This document shows positions 10,522-19,355 of a stretch of 64,000 nucleotides of DNA, piece by piece; the first letter of the stretch is position 1; every line of letters begins with the position of its first letter. Under the pieces are notes generated by a model. The model saw only the letters and a list, made by a program, of their open reading frames with translations, ran no database searches and was not told where the DNA came from. Origin of the DNA: Planctomycetota bacterium (GTDB taxonomy: Bacteria > Planctomycetota > PLA2 > JAEUHO01); the NCBI GenBank assembly GCA_965223505.1, contig CBDCWP010000040.1, positions 96,001 through 160,000 of the forward strand, in the 5' to 3' direction. The position numbers and the translations under genes are program-made.

Positions 10522-10761
10522 GGGAATCCTCCGTGCGGGACCGCGCATCCTAGCGAGTTCGCAACGCCCGGGCGCGACCGGGTGACCGGGGCCGTCGGGC
10601 CCGCCTTCGCGCGCTTGTTGTCGTGGCTCGTCACCGGAGGGCGCAATGTCCATCGGTTTGGTCACTCTGCCGTGGATACGAACGTCCGTAAGCCGCCAGC
10701 AAGGGCGATTTGGGGCCGCCGTGAGGGTTGGAACGTCGTTCGCTTTCCCCCTGGCCAACAC

Positions 10762-11466
10762 GTGTGTGTGTGGAAGGAGATCCGTCCTTTGTTCGGTTCG
10801 TTCCCGAGTGTCGGCCTCGCCTTGGCGGGGCTTCTGCTGCTGTCCTGGGTCGCCGCCCCGAGTGCGCACGCCGACAGCATCGGCATCGCCGACTCGAGCT
10901 CGTTCGCGAGCACGGGTGTGGTGTCGTTCTCGCTCGAGGCAGAGAGCGACGGCGCGTCGGCGGAACGACTCGCGCCCGCGGAAGCGATTGCGGCCGCTCT
11001 CATGAACGAGACGGCCATCGCCGCGGTGCTGCCTTCGATCGTGGAATCGCCGGAAACAGAGGACGGAGTTCAACTCGAGGTCGAGCTCGGGCTCGCGCCG
11101 GCGGGTCCCATGGTGTTCGGTGGCATGGGGTCGCTCGGCGGCGGCGGTGGCGGCGGCGGCATGCTCGGCGCGATCGGTGGCGCGAGCGGCGTGGCCGGCG
11201 GCGGCCCGGGCGGTGGCGGTGGCGGCAGCTGCGGCTGTCGGTGCTCGTGCTTCCAACCCGCGCTGCTTGCGGTGCCGGTTGCGCTCGCGATCCTGCTCTG
11301 GCAACCGTGGGACGACGACGATCCATTCGACCCGCCGCCGACGTTGACACGTCCGCCCGATGGCGACCCGCCCGACGGCGAGACGCCGCCCGTGCCCGAG
11401 CCGGGTTCGCTCGTGTTGGTGAGCGCGGCGCTGATCGGGATTCTCGCGCGACGCCGGCGTCTATAG
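10762..11466 (+). CDS. PEP-CTERM sorting domain protein, Gly-rich; start approximate
   Basis: C-terminal VPEPGSLVLVSAALIGILARRRRL; N-terminal signal ending AHA. Confidence 0.8.
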   Translation: MCVWKEIRPLFGSFPSVGLALAGLLLLSWVAAPSAHADSIGIADSSSFASTGVVSFSLEAESDGASAERLAPAEAIAAALMNETAIAAVLPSIVESPETEDGVQLEVELGLAPAGPMVFGGMGSLGGGGGGGGMLGAIGGASGVAGGGPGGGGGGSCGCRCSCFQPALLAVPVALAILLWQPWDDDDPFDPPPTLTRPPDGDPPDGETPPVPEPGSLVLVSAALIGILARRRRL

Positions 11467-11495
11467 CAAGACGTACGACGCCGTGAGCTCGTCGG

Positions 11496-12680
11496 CTACG
11501 GCGTCGCGGCCGCCGGGCTACCGTCGATCTCGGCGGCCTCGCTGCGTTCGACGAGACGCACGACGAAGATCTCGGGCGGCACGCCCAGTCGCATCGGCGG
11601 GCCCCACCAGCCGTGGCCGCACGTGGTGAGCTGGTGTCCGTCGCCGACCTCGTAGAGGCCGTGGTGAAAGGGAAACGCGAGGCGCGTGAGATACGAGAAG
11701 GGCCACATCTGACCGCCGTGCGTGTGCCCGGAGAGCTGTAGGTCGGCGCCTGCCGCAGCGCCCGCCCTCACGTCGTCGGTTCCGGGCGTGTGGGCGAGCA
11801 GGATGACCGGTCGCGACGGGGCGTCCTGGCCGACGATCTCCTCGATCGGCGGAATCACCTCGCCGAACCGCGGGGCGGATGCGTCGGCGACACCTGCGAC
11901 AACGAGTCCGTTGGGCAGCTCGACGCGCTCGTTCACCAACACGGTCAGCCCGGCAGCGCGCAGGTACCTCACGGCCGCCTTCACCCCGACGATGTACTCG
12001 TGATTGCCTGTCGAGACGATGACCCCGTGGCGCGCCTGGAGCTTCGACAGCGCGTCGGCGACCTCGATCATGCGTTCCGGCGGGTGATCGATGATGTCGC
12101 CGGGCATGAGAACGAGGTCGGGCTTCAGGGCGTTGATCTCGTCGACGCGTTTGCGCGCTTCGGCGCCGTCGACGAGGACGCCGGCGTGCAGATCCGCCGC
12201 GACGACGATGCGCAGCTCTCGAAGCTCGGGCGTGATGCCGGTGACGGGAACGGTCACGTGGCGAACGCGGGCGGCCTCGCGCGCTTCGAACATCGCGACG
12301 ACGCAGAGGACGAGGGCGGCGGCGACACCGGCGAGGACCGTCCAGCGCTTGAGCGGACGAGGCGGGATGCGACAGGGCTTGAGCAGCAGACGGACGATGA
12401 GGAGTCCGAGGAGGATCCACAGCAGATGGAACATGAGTCCCATCCAGACGGATGCGGCCCAGTGGGCGGCGTGAACGACGCCTTCGGCAGCGAAGCCGTC
12501 GAGCCAGCGGGCCACGGGGTAGGAGACGGCGAGGACGACGAACAGGACGCGCAGCAGGTTGAGCGTTCGCCGGGACTGGATGCCGAGTGCACTGACGATC
12601 TGTTTGTAGAGGAACAGGTGGATGATCCCCAGGACGAGGAGCACGACCGACAGGAAGATGGCGAACGACCACGGGTCCAT
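11496..12680 (-). CDS. Membrane-anchored metallophosphoesterase (YkuE/YaeI-like)
   Basis: ADLHAG, GDIID, GNHEY, LAHTP and SGHTHGGQ motifs; N-terminal TM helices. Confidence 0.92.
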   Translation of the reverse strand: MDPWSFAIFLSVVLLVLGIIHLFLYKQIVSALGIQSRRTLNLLRVLFVVLAVSYPVARWLDGFAAEGVVHAAHWAASVWMGLMFHLLWILLGLLIVRLLLKPCRIPPRPLKRWTVLAGVAAALVLCVVAMFEAREAARVRHVTVPVTGITPELRELRIVVAADLHAGVLVDGAEARKRVDEINALKPDLVLMPGDIIDHPPERMIEVADALSKLQARHGVIVSTGNHEYIVGVKAAVRYLRAAGLTVLVNERVELPNGLVVAGVADASAPRFGEVIPPIEEIVGQDAPSRPVILLAHTPGTDDVRAGAAAGADLQLSGHTHGGQMWPFSYLTRLAFPFHHGLYEVGDGHQLTTCGHGWWGPPMRLGVPPEIFVVRLVERSEAAEIDGSPAAATP

Positions 12681-12861
12681 GGATCGGGACGGTAGCAGCG
12701 CGGCGCAGCGGTTCGCGTTCTCGCACCGCCGTTCCTGGACATTCACGACCCCGAGGCTGGCTTCCTCCGTTCGTACTCAGCCGCAGAGCATCGTGGGTGG
12801 GACCCCGACTCCGTGCACTCTCCGGTCGACGAAACCGTCGGAAGAGACCCGGTACTGTATT

Positions 12862-13218
12862 TTGTGGGACGTTCTCGAGGTCGGCCTGCTTCGCATCGGT
12901 GGCGGTCTAACCGTGCAGGAGGTTTCCGAGCGCGCCTGCGTCTCCACAGCGACGGCGTACAAGCGTGTTCGCGCCCACGCTCAAGCGCTTGAGCAGGACG
13001 ACTACGAAGACGCTGCAGCGCAGCTGATGTGCGCGGCCATTGAAAGAGACCACACGGCCCGACAAGTGGTTCGAACTCTCGACTCCCGAAAGGCGACTAT
13101 CTGGGTCGGGTTCCGTATCCTCTTGCGGGCACGAAGAAAAGGGGGCGCGTGGCGCCCCCTTTCCCAGTTCGGACATGAACGACCGCCCGTCGGAACCGAC
13201 GGCAGCCGGTCCCGTTAG
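12862..13218 (+). CDS. Possible small HTH protein or remnant; start uncertain
   Basis: LTVQEVSERACVSTATAYKRVR resembles a helix-turn-helix. Confidence 0.35.
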   Translation: MWDVLEVGLLRIGGGLTVQEVSERACVSTATAYKRVRAHAQALEQDDYEDAAAQLMCAAIERDHTARQVVRTLDSRKATIWVGFRILLRARRKGGAWRPLSQFGHERPPVGTDGSRSR

Positions 13219-15056
13219 CGAATCTCGATGGCGCGCAGATCGTCGTCGTTCAGGCCAGGCGTCTCCTCGTTCCAGACGATCGCGCCGCGACCCTTCGCGT
13301 CCGTCGCAATCCAAATCGAGTTCACGACCGCGTTCGGGTCATGCTCCAACACGGGGTCGATGACGGGAACCAGGCCACGACGCACCCGATAGGCCTCCAT
13401 CCGGTAGTAGCCCTCGACCGGCAGGTTGTCTTCGATCGTGACCAGGACGAGCGCGCCGCCGCCAGGCTCGGAAATCGCGTCGAAGTGATCGCGACTCTCC
13501 AGCGGCCTGCCGACTCGCTGGGCCGGACCCCACACGGATCCGTCGAACTCCGAACCGTACATGTGCGTCGTGCCGGGGAGGATCGCCTGCCAGAACGCCA
13601 TGAGGCGCCCGTCCCCCGTGAGCAGAAGCTCGGCGCGGTTCGAGAGGCCGCCGGGGCTCGTGAAGAGCGGCGTCACGGCCCCCAGGTCGCCGGCGGGCGC
13701 GAGGCGACGAGCGTTTACCGTCTCGTCGTCGTCGAAGATCCAGAGGATCGTCGCCGTACCCGTTGCGTCGACCAGGACATCCGCGTAGGAGATCTCTCCA
13801 ATGCGCTCCTCGATCAGTCGCGCCGGCTGCCAACCGAGGCCCGGTGCGTACACGGCAGCTCGGAGGTCACCGGTGAGGCCGTTTCCGTGCGAACAGATGA
13901 CCGTGATCTGCCCCGTCGCGTCGATGGCGGTACGGCGACCGTGGTACTCGCCCAGTCCCGCCGTGACGTTGGTCGCGGCGCCGAAGCGCCCCACGGGGTC
14001 CCAACGCCGGACGAACACGGCGACTTCGTTCGTGAGCGTACGCTGGCTGGACGTGAAGTAGCCCTCACGAAGCTCGTTGATGCCGACGTCCGCGCTGAAG
14101 GGCAGGATGAGACCTTCGCCTGCACCGAGGTCGCGCACATCGGACCAACCGGATCCCGGAACGAAAGAGCGTCCGGCGAAGCGCCTCGTGCCGTTGTCGA
14201 CGTCGGATTCGGTCCAGACAGCCAGGATGTCCCCTTCGTTGCCGAAGGCAATCCGTAGACTCCCGGCATCCTGTTGCGGATCATTTTCCAGGACGTCGAT
14301 CGGAAGCCACATGCCTGTCGACCGCTGGTAGCGGCGCATGTAGACGTCGTCCTGGACGCCGTCGAACTCCAGCCACGCAACGACGAGGTCACCGCGGCCG
14401 TTCGTTTCGACCGCGCTCCCGAATTCTCGGATCGCGGGGCTCGTGTGGATCGTGAACACCCCACCGAATCCCTGATCGCTGTCGTAGTAGTGAGCCCGAA
14501 GGACGTTCGTCGCGCCCTTCTCGTGCCGTACGTAGGCCCCCTTGCCATCCGGTGAGACCCGGAACCCGACAAGTCGCATCTGTGCCGGAAGCGCCTCCTG
14601 CAGGAGTGCGTCGCCGAACACGGCGTCACGCGTCGCGAACTCGAAGACGTAGTCGTTCGTCGCCTCGTTGCCGTCCATGTCGCGCAGACCCGCCGGGATC
14701 GTCGCCCGCAGGGGCGTGCTCAGCGGAAGATCTTCACCAGGCGTGAAGACGAGGCGCTTCTGGGCGTCGTCATATGTGACGCTACCGGAAACGGGACCAT
14801 CGTCCGACTCGAGGACGATCGCCGCAGGGCTGATGCTGGCGGGATCCAGGTCGTTTTCGAACGCGACGAAGATCGTCGCGTCGGTGGGGACCTGGTTCTC
14901 GTTGTCAGCGGGCGACGTCGTCACGATGCGGAGCGGGCCGACACCCGGCTCGCTGAAGCCGGTGCCGCCTCCGCCCCCACCGCAAGCTGCGAGAAGGACG
15001 AGGGCACTGAGGAGTGAAAGAAGCGTAGAGAAGGTACGGTTTCGTCGAGCGAACAT
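13215..15056 (-). CDS. Lipoprotein with Ig-like (Big_5/SbsA) domain and repeated beta-propeller-like blades
   Basis: Lipobox LLAAC+GGGGG; TSPADNENQVPTDATIFVAF...LVFTP...LRDMDGN...FEFAT; repeated 'G..l.vW' blades. Confidence 0.75.
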   Translation of the reverse strand: MFARRNRTFSTLLSLLSALVLLAACGGGGGGTGFSEPGVGPLRIVTTSPADNENQVPTDATIFVAFENDLDPASISPAAIVLESDDGPVSGSVTYDDAQKRLVFTPGEDLPLSTPLRATIPAGLRDMDGNEATNDYVFEFATRDAVFGDALLQEALPAQMRLVGFRVSPDGKGAYVRHEKGATNVLRAHYYDSDQGFGGVFTIHTSPAIREFGSAVETNGRGDLVVAWLEFDGVQDDVYMRRYQRSTGMWLPIDVLENDPQQDAGSLRIAFGNEGDILAVWTESDVDNGTRRFAGRSFVPGSGWSDVRDLGAGEGLILPFSADVGINELREGYFTSSQRTLTNEVAVFVRRWDPVGRFGAATNVTAGLGEYHGRRTAIDATGQITVICSHGNGLTGDLRAAVYAPGLGWQPARLIEERIGEISYADVLVDATGTATILWIFDDDETVNARRLAPAGDLGAVTPLFTSPGGLSNRAELLLTGDGRLMAFWQAILPGTTHMYGSEFDGSVWGPAQRVGRPLESRDHFDAISEPGGGALVLVTIEDNLPVEGYYRMEAYRVRRGLVPVIDPVLEHDPNAVVNSIWIATDAKGRGAIVWNEETPGLNDDDLRAIEIR

Positions 15057-15345
15057 TGCGAGTCTCCCAAGCACCCGGAGCAGGCGCTGGACCCTGAACT
15101 CCGAAACGGGACGCGCGGGGACACAGAATCCGGGTACCGAGTCATCAGGCGACATCTGGTGTTGACGAGGACCGCTTCGCAAAGCGGCGCAGCACACGTT
15201 GGGTCCGCATCAAACGGGCGAATTCGAGCCCCATCTAACCTGGTGGGTGCATCCCCACGACGATCTTCGCTTCGCCGCAAGAGCAGCTAGCGAGCGCCAC
15301 GTGAGGCCGACAGCGCAAGCGCTACACAGCATCCACGGGCTCAGA

Positions 15346-15411
15346 TGGTGCCGAAGGTGGGACTCGAACCCACAAGCCCTAAACGGGCGGGGGATTTTGA
15401 ATCCCCTGCGT
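15346..15411 (-). repeat. att site: 66-bp duplicate of the 3' part of tRNA-Leu(CAA)
   Basis: Identical to 51559-51624; lacks the tRNA 5' end and D-arm. Confidence 0.97.
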
Positions 15412-15548
15412 TTCGACAAGTGACCCGCAACAAATGGCCGTCTGCGGGATGCGGTTCGAGCGAGTTTGGGTAGGCGGATCGCAACTCCGGTAGGACAAAC
15501 CCGGATCAGGCATAATGCACCGAGTTGTGCTGTGGAAGGGACTATCCG

Positions 15549-16658
15549 ATGCGCACGACCGTCTGCTTGGTGATCTGCTGCGTCGCGTGGGGATTCAGCC
15601 CATCTTCCATCTTCGCGCGCGAGCCGCCGGAGCCGCCCTCAGACGGCCCCCGGTGGCACGCAGGCTACCCGCCCCAACCGAGCGACATCGCGAAGCGTCG
15701 GTTCATTGGCGCGGACCTACCCGAGGCACGCCACGTCGTACCGGACGACTCGGACTCCGATGATGTGCCGACATTCGTGATCGTCCTCGAATCGAACGGA
15801 AACCTGACCTTCGACGGCAACACGTGGCCATGGGCGAAGCCCGCGCAGACGGCGCTTCGCGAAGCCCTCGCGCGCTTCACCGTCGATCTGACTCAGCGCA
15901 ACGCTGACGGCGCGGGACGAGGCGCGTTTCAGCTCCTCGCCGATCGCCGGGCACAGTGGACCGGGTGCGCCCAACTGTGCCACGAGTGGCTACGGGACGG
16001 CGGTCGAACGAATCGACTGCGAATCGGCGTCACTCGATGGGACTGGCCCGAGAATCATGAACGCATGGACGCACGGGTCTTCGCGTGGTCCGGCGGCGGC
16101 GGCGAGAAGGCTACGCTTTCGGTTGCCCTCACCTTGCACGCCGGTGAGCCCGCCGACGCTGGGCCGGGTCCGCATGTCAAGATCGCCATCGGAAACGCGT
16201 CGTTCTCCCTGCACGCGTCTCCTTGGAGGGAACAGGCCCTCGTCGATGCCGCCAACGGCGTATGGAAGGACATCGAAGAGGCCGTCGCCGATCAGTCTGG
16301 AGATCTCGGCGCGGCAACGATCACGGCGCCCGGCGAGCATTCAGCCGTGCCGTGGGGCCACGTCGTCGCTGTCATGGACGTTCTGCTCGACTGGGGCATT
16401 CGCGACGTCCGATTCCCCGACCAGGAGCTGCGCATTCTCTTCGACGAGATGGCGGTAACGCCGCCGCCTCCCGCACGCGGCCCGGAGGACGAAGGAGCCT
16501 CCGTGCTCTGGATTGTGCTTGGCGCGTTGCTCGTCATCGCCATTCCGGTCGCCGTCGCGACGGCGCGTTCGCGACGGCGGACGCGCACCGTTCGTGGGCG
16601 AAGCGGCTCCAGGTCATCACGGGTGGGCCGCTCGACTCGTCGTCAGCGACGCAGGTAG
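15549..16658 (+). CDS. Exported protein with ExbD/TolR-like periplasmic domains and C-terminal TM anchor
   Basis: Signal peptide; VIVLESNGNLTFDG...LLADRRAQW and VPWGHVVAVMDVLLDWGIRDVRF resemble ExbD; C-terminal TM plus Arg tail. Confidence 0.55.
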   Translation: MRTTVCLVICCVAWGFSPSSIFAREPPEPPSDGPRWHAGYPPQPSDIAKRRFIGADLPEARHVVPDDSDSDDVPTFVIVLESNGNLTFDGNTWPWAKPAQTALREALARFTVDLTQRNADGAGRGAFQLLADRRAQWTGCAQLCHEWLRDGGRTNRLRIGVTRWDWPENHERMDARVFAWSGGGGEKATLSVALTLHAGEPADAGPGPHVKIAIGNASFSLHASPWREQALVDAANGVWKDIEEAVADQSGDLGAATITAPGEHSAVPWGHVVAVMDVLLDWGIRDVRFPDQELRILFDEMAVTPPPPARGPEDEGASVLWIVLGALLVIAIPVAVATARSRRRTRTVRGRSGSRSSRVGRSTRRQRRR

Positions 16659-16806
16659 ACAACGCGCGCGCACTTTGTGGCGGATTCACGTCCCCGGCGA
16701 CCCGCATTCAGCCATGCAGTTCACCTGCGCATGGCCCCTCGATGGAGCATTCGATCTACACTGGCGACACGTGCCCGGCGGTCGGTGCGGACTGAGGAGG
16801 TTGACT

Positions 16807-18963
16807 TTGAGATCCCGAGTGCGCCCTCACATCCCTGTCTTCCTCGCACTCCTCGCGCTGCTCTCGACGGGAAGAGTCGGCTCGGCGGACGAGGACGCCG
16901 ACCACCTCAAAGCGCGAGTCAACGCGTTTCGGCCGTTGGTCGATGAAGCGCCCTGGACGGTTCGAATCGATCCGCTACCGGCAAGCGTCGTCAGGGAGCA
17001 AGCGCAGCGCGCGCCAAAGTCCAAGCGCAAGAGTTATGGAAAGGGGTTTATCGCGGGTTACACGCTGAGTGCCGAGATCCCAGGTGAGGAGGCAAGCGTC
17101 GAGGGGCTCGCCATGCGCTTCGATACGCCGAAGAACGCGGCAGCGTTCGTAGAGCTCGAGCGGGAGATCTTCAGGGGCGAACGCAGCACCAAGGACGTCA
17201 AGATCACCACGCGGACCTTCACGCCGAAAGCCGGCGTGAACGGCACGATCCCTGGCTTCTTTCTCAACCGAGTCATGGACTTCGGCGGCGGACTGACGCT
17301 CGAGCTTCGCGCGCACTTCATCCACCGAGAGCACTACGTCGCGGCATTGATCGTCACGGACGCGCCTCAGGTCACGCTCGCTTCGCAGCACGACGCGATT
17401 GCTAGAGTCGATTCGCTCCTTGTTGATCCGACCAAGGTGCGAAAGCGCTCAGCGCCGGACACAGCCGCGGGCAAGGAGAATGACGTCCGGCGCGCGATCC
17501 GAGACCTCGCTCACACCGAGGCCTCCAAACGCGCCGACGCGGCGATCCTGCTCGGCGAACGTTTCCCAGAGGGCGCGATGGCCGTTCCGTTGCTCGAAGT
17601 GTGCCTTCGTGACGAGGACAAACGCGTCCGAGAGGCGGCCGCACAGGCCATCTCGGCGCTCGCAACTGCCGCAGCCCCGGTTCTCGCCGAGTTCCTGTCC
17701 GACACAGCGCATCAGCAGAATGTCGCGTTCCGCAAGGCGCTGGCCTTGCTGCGCGAGCTCGGAGCGCACATCACACCCTTTGATCTCGACAAGGTCGAAG
17801 GGCGGGCCGCGAGAGCTGCTCGGCTGTGTCTGGCGCCGCCCGAGCGGGACGCGACCCTCGCTCGCCACGTCCGACCGCTGACGCGAGAGATCCTGGCATC
17901 CGACGCGGGCCTTTTCGCACCTGACCATACGGTTGACGAGCAATCCAAGATCGCGTGCGCCGCGCTGGCGCTCTTCGGGCTGGACGCGCTGCCGCAACGA
18001 CCGGCGTTGCCGGAACCGGGCGGCCTCATGAAGCTGCTCGCACATGGTGATCCCGATGTGCGCTGGGCTGGCGTTCAGCTGGCCCGCATCGTTGGTAGTG
18101 AATCGTCCAAGGTGCGTGATGCTGTACAGAAGGCAACAGGCGCCGGCGGGCCCCCTACGTTGCGGCTTAGGAAGGGTCTGACGGAGTTGATCGAGAGTCT
18201 TCCGTCTGCGAATGACGATCCTGATGACTACAACCCGTACTCGCTGCCCGTGACCATCGAAGACTTGGCAGCCCTCGGCAAGAAGGCGGGGCCCGCGCTC
18301 CCGCGCCTGCGCCAGCTCTACGTGATTACGAGGAAGCATGAAGGCCACGTCGCATCGGGACTCGACCTGTCCATCGGTGGTGCCATCTGCCAGATCGCCG
18401 GCCCGAGCAAGGAGTATCTCGATCCTCTCATCGAAGCGCTCGCCGACGCCTCTGCCGACCGATACAGCAAGGAGGGTGCGCGGGGCGCGAACGCCGCGTG
18501 GTGGCTCATTAATATAAATTGGGACGCGGTACCTGAGGCAACTCGCAGGCGGGCTGGCAAGGCTGCTTCAGCGGCGCTCGAGACGGACGCCACTGGGCTG
18601 CAGGGGTGCATCCTCGCGCTGCTCGTCGCATTGGGAGACGCAGCCAAACCGGCGGCAAGTCGAGTCGGGACGGTATTAGGAGAGGCCGACGTCCGGTATC
18701 ACGAACTCGTTGATGAAGTACGGAAGGAGGGTCGATTCGTCGAAGGCCCCGGAGCGGTCAACGCGATCTTCGTTGCTCGGACACTCGCTTTCATCTCGGA
18801 AGTTGCGATTCGTCATCGCGCCATCCACGTCCTTGCGAACTGCGCGCCGCACCACGCCGCGACGCGTGCGTTGCTAGTGGGCTACACCGAGGGCAACGAT
18901 CCGCTGCTGGCGTGTGAGGCGGCGGCCGCGTTGCGTCTCGTGGGAAACGCCAACGAACGCTGA
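16807..18963 (+). CDS. Secreted HEAT-repeat protein
   Basis: RBS GAGGAGG before TTG; signal peptide; AVPLLEVCLRDEDKRVREAAAQAI and LLAHGDPDVRWAG HEAT repeats. Confidence 0.65.
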   Translation: MRSRVRPHIPVFLALLALLSTGRVGSADEDADHLKARVNAFRPLVDEAPWTVRIDPLPASVVREQAQRAPKSKRKSYGKGFIAGYTLSAEIPGEEASVEGLAMRFDTPKNAAAFVELEREIFRGERSTKDVKITTRTFTPKAGVNGTIPGFFLNRVMDFGGGLTLELRAHFIHREHYVAALIVTDAPQVTLASQHDAIARVDSLLVDPTKVRKRSAPDTAAGKENDVRRAIRDLAHTEASKRADAAILLGERFPEGAMAVPLLEVCLRDEDKRVREAAAQAISALATAAAPVLAEFLSDTAHQQNVAFRKALALLRELGAHITPFDLDKVEGRAARAARLCLAPPERDATLARHVRPLTREILASDAGLFAPDHTVDEQSKIACAALALFGLDALPQRPALPEPGGLMKLLAHGDPDVRWAGVQLARIVGSESSKVRDAVQKATGAGGPPTLRLRKGLTELIESLPSANDDPDDYNPYSLPVTIEDLAALGKKAGPALPRLRQLYVITRKHEGHVASGLDLSIGGAICQIAGPSKEYLDPLIEALADASADRYSKEGARGANAAWWLININWDAVPEATRRRAGKAASAALETDATGLQGCILALLVALGDAAKPAASRVGTVLGEADVRYHELVDEVRKEGRFVEGPGAVNAIFVARTLAFISEVAIRHRAIHVLANCAPHHAATRALLVGYTEGNDPLLACEAAAALRLVGNANER

Positions 18964-18970
18964 CGAGATG

Positions 18971-19345
18971 CTACAAACGCTCTTCTCTTGTATCTCGTAG
19001 TCGGTCCAGCTGTCGATGCGTTTTTCTTCTCGAGTTCCAACTCCCGAAAGCATCCACGATTGCAGGCCAGTTGTCCTGAACTACTGCGATTTGCTCATTG
19101 AACGAGAGGTAGTCATTACCCGGCCCAACGAGCAGGTCTCGCAGGAGAGCTGGGTCGTACCACTCCTTCGGCTTCTTCGCATCGGCGACAGCGACAAACC
19201 GCTCACCCATTTCGTCTCCAATTTGGACGGCGACGACCGGTCCGGCATAAACGTCGTCCTTATAGAGACCCTCGCGGGCCTGGCTCCTGTGACGGAGACC
19301 CATTCGCTTGAGGAACGCCACGAATTCGACTGGCTCGAAGTTCAC
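18971..19345 (-). CDS. Putative immunity protein of the upstream polymorphic toxin
   Basis: 124-aa ORF with RBS AGGAGG, starting 10 bp after the toxin stop; size, position and EWYD..LL motif fit immunity genes (recalled resemblance). Confidence 0.6.
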   Translation of the reverse strand: MNFEPVEFVAFLKRMGLRHRSQAREGLYKDDVYAGPVVAVQIGDEMGERFVAVADAKKPKEWYDPALLRDLLVGPGNDYLSFNEQIAVVQDNWPAIVDAFGSWNSRRKTHRQLDRLRDTREERL

Positions 19346-19355
19346 GATTGGCCTC

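Noticed and set aside
10522..11304. N-terminal extension of the S9 peptidase to 941 aa
   Set aside because: The extension is antisense to the PEP-CTERM gene; the signal peptide and RBS point to a start at 10521.
15346..15411. Second functional tRNA-Leu gene
   Set aside because: It lacks the 5' acceptor strand and D-arm; it is the att duplicate.
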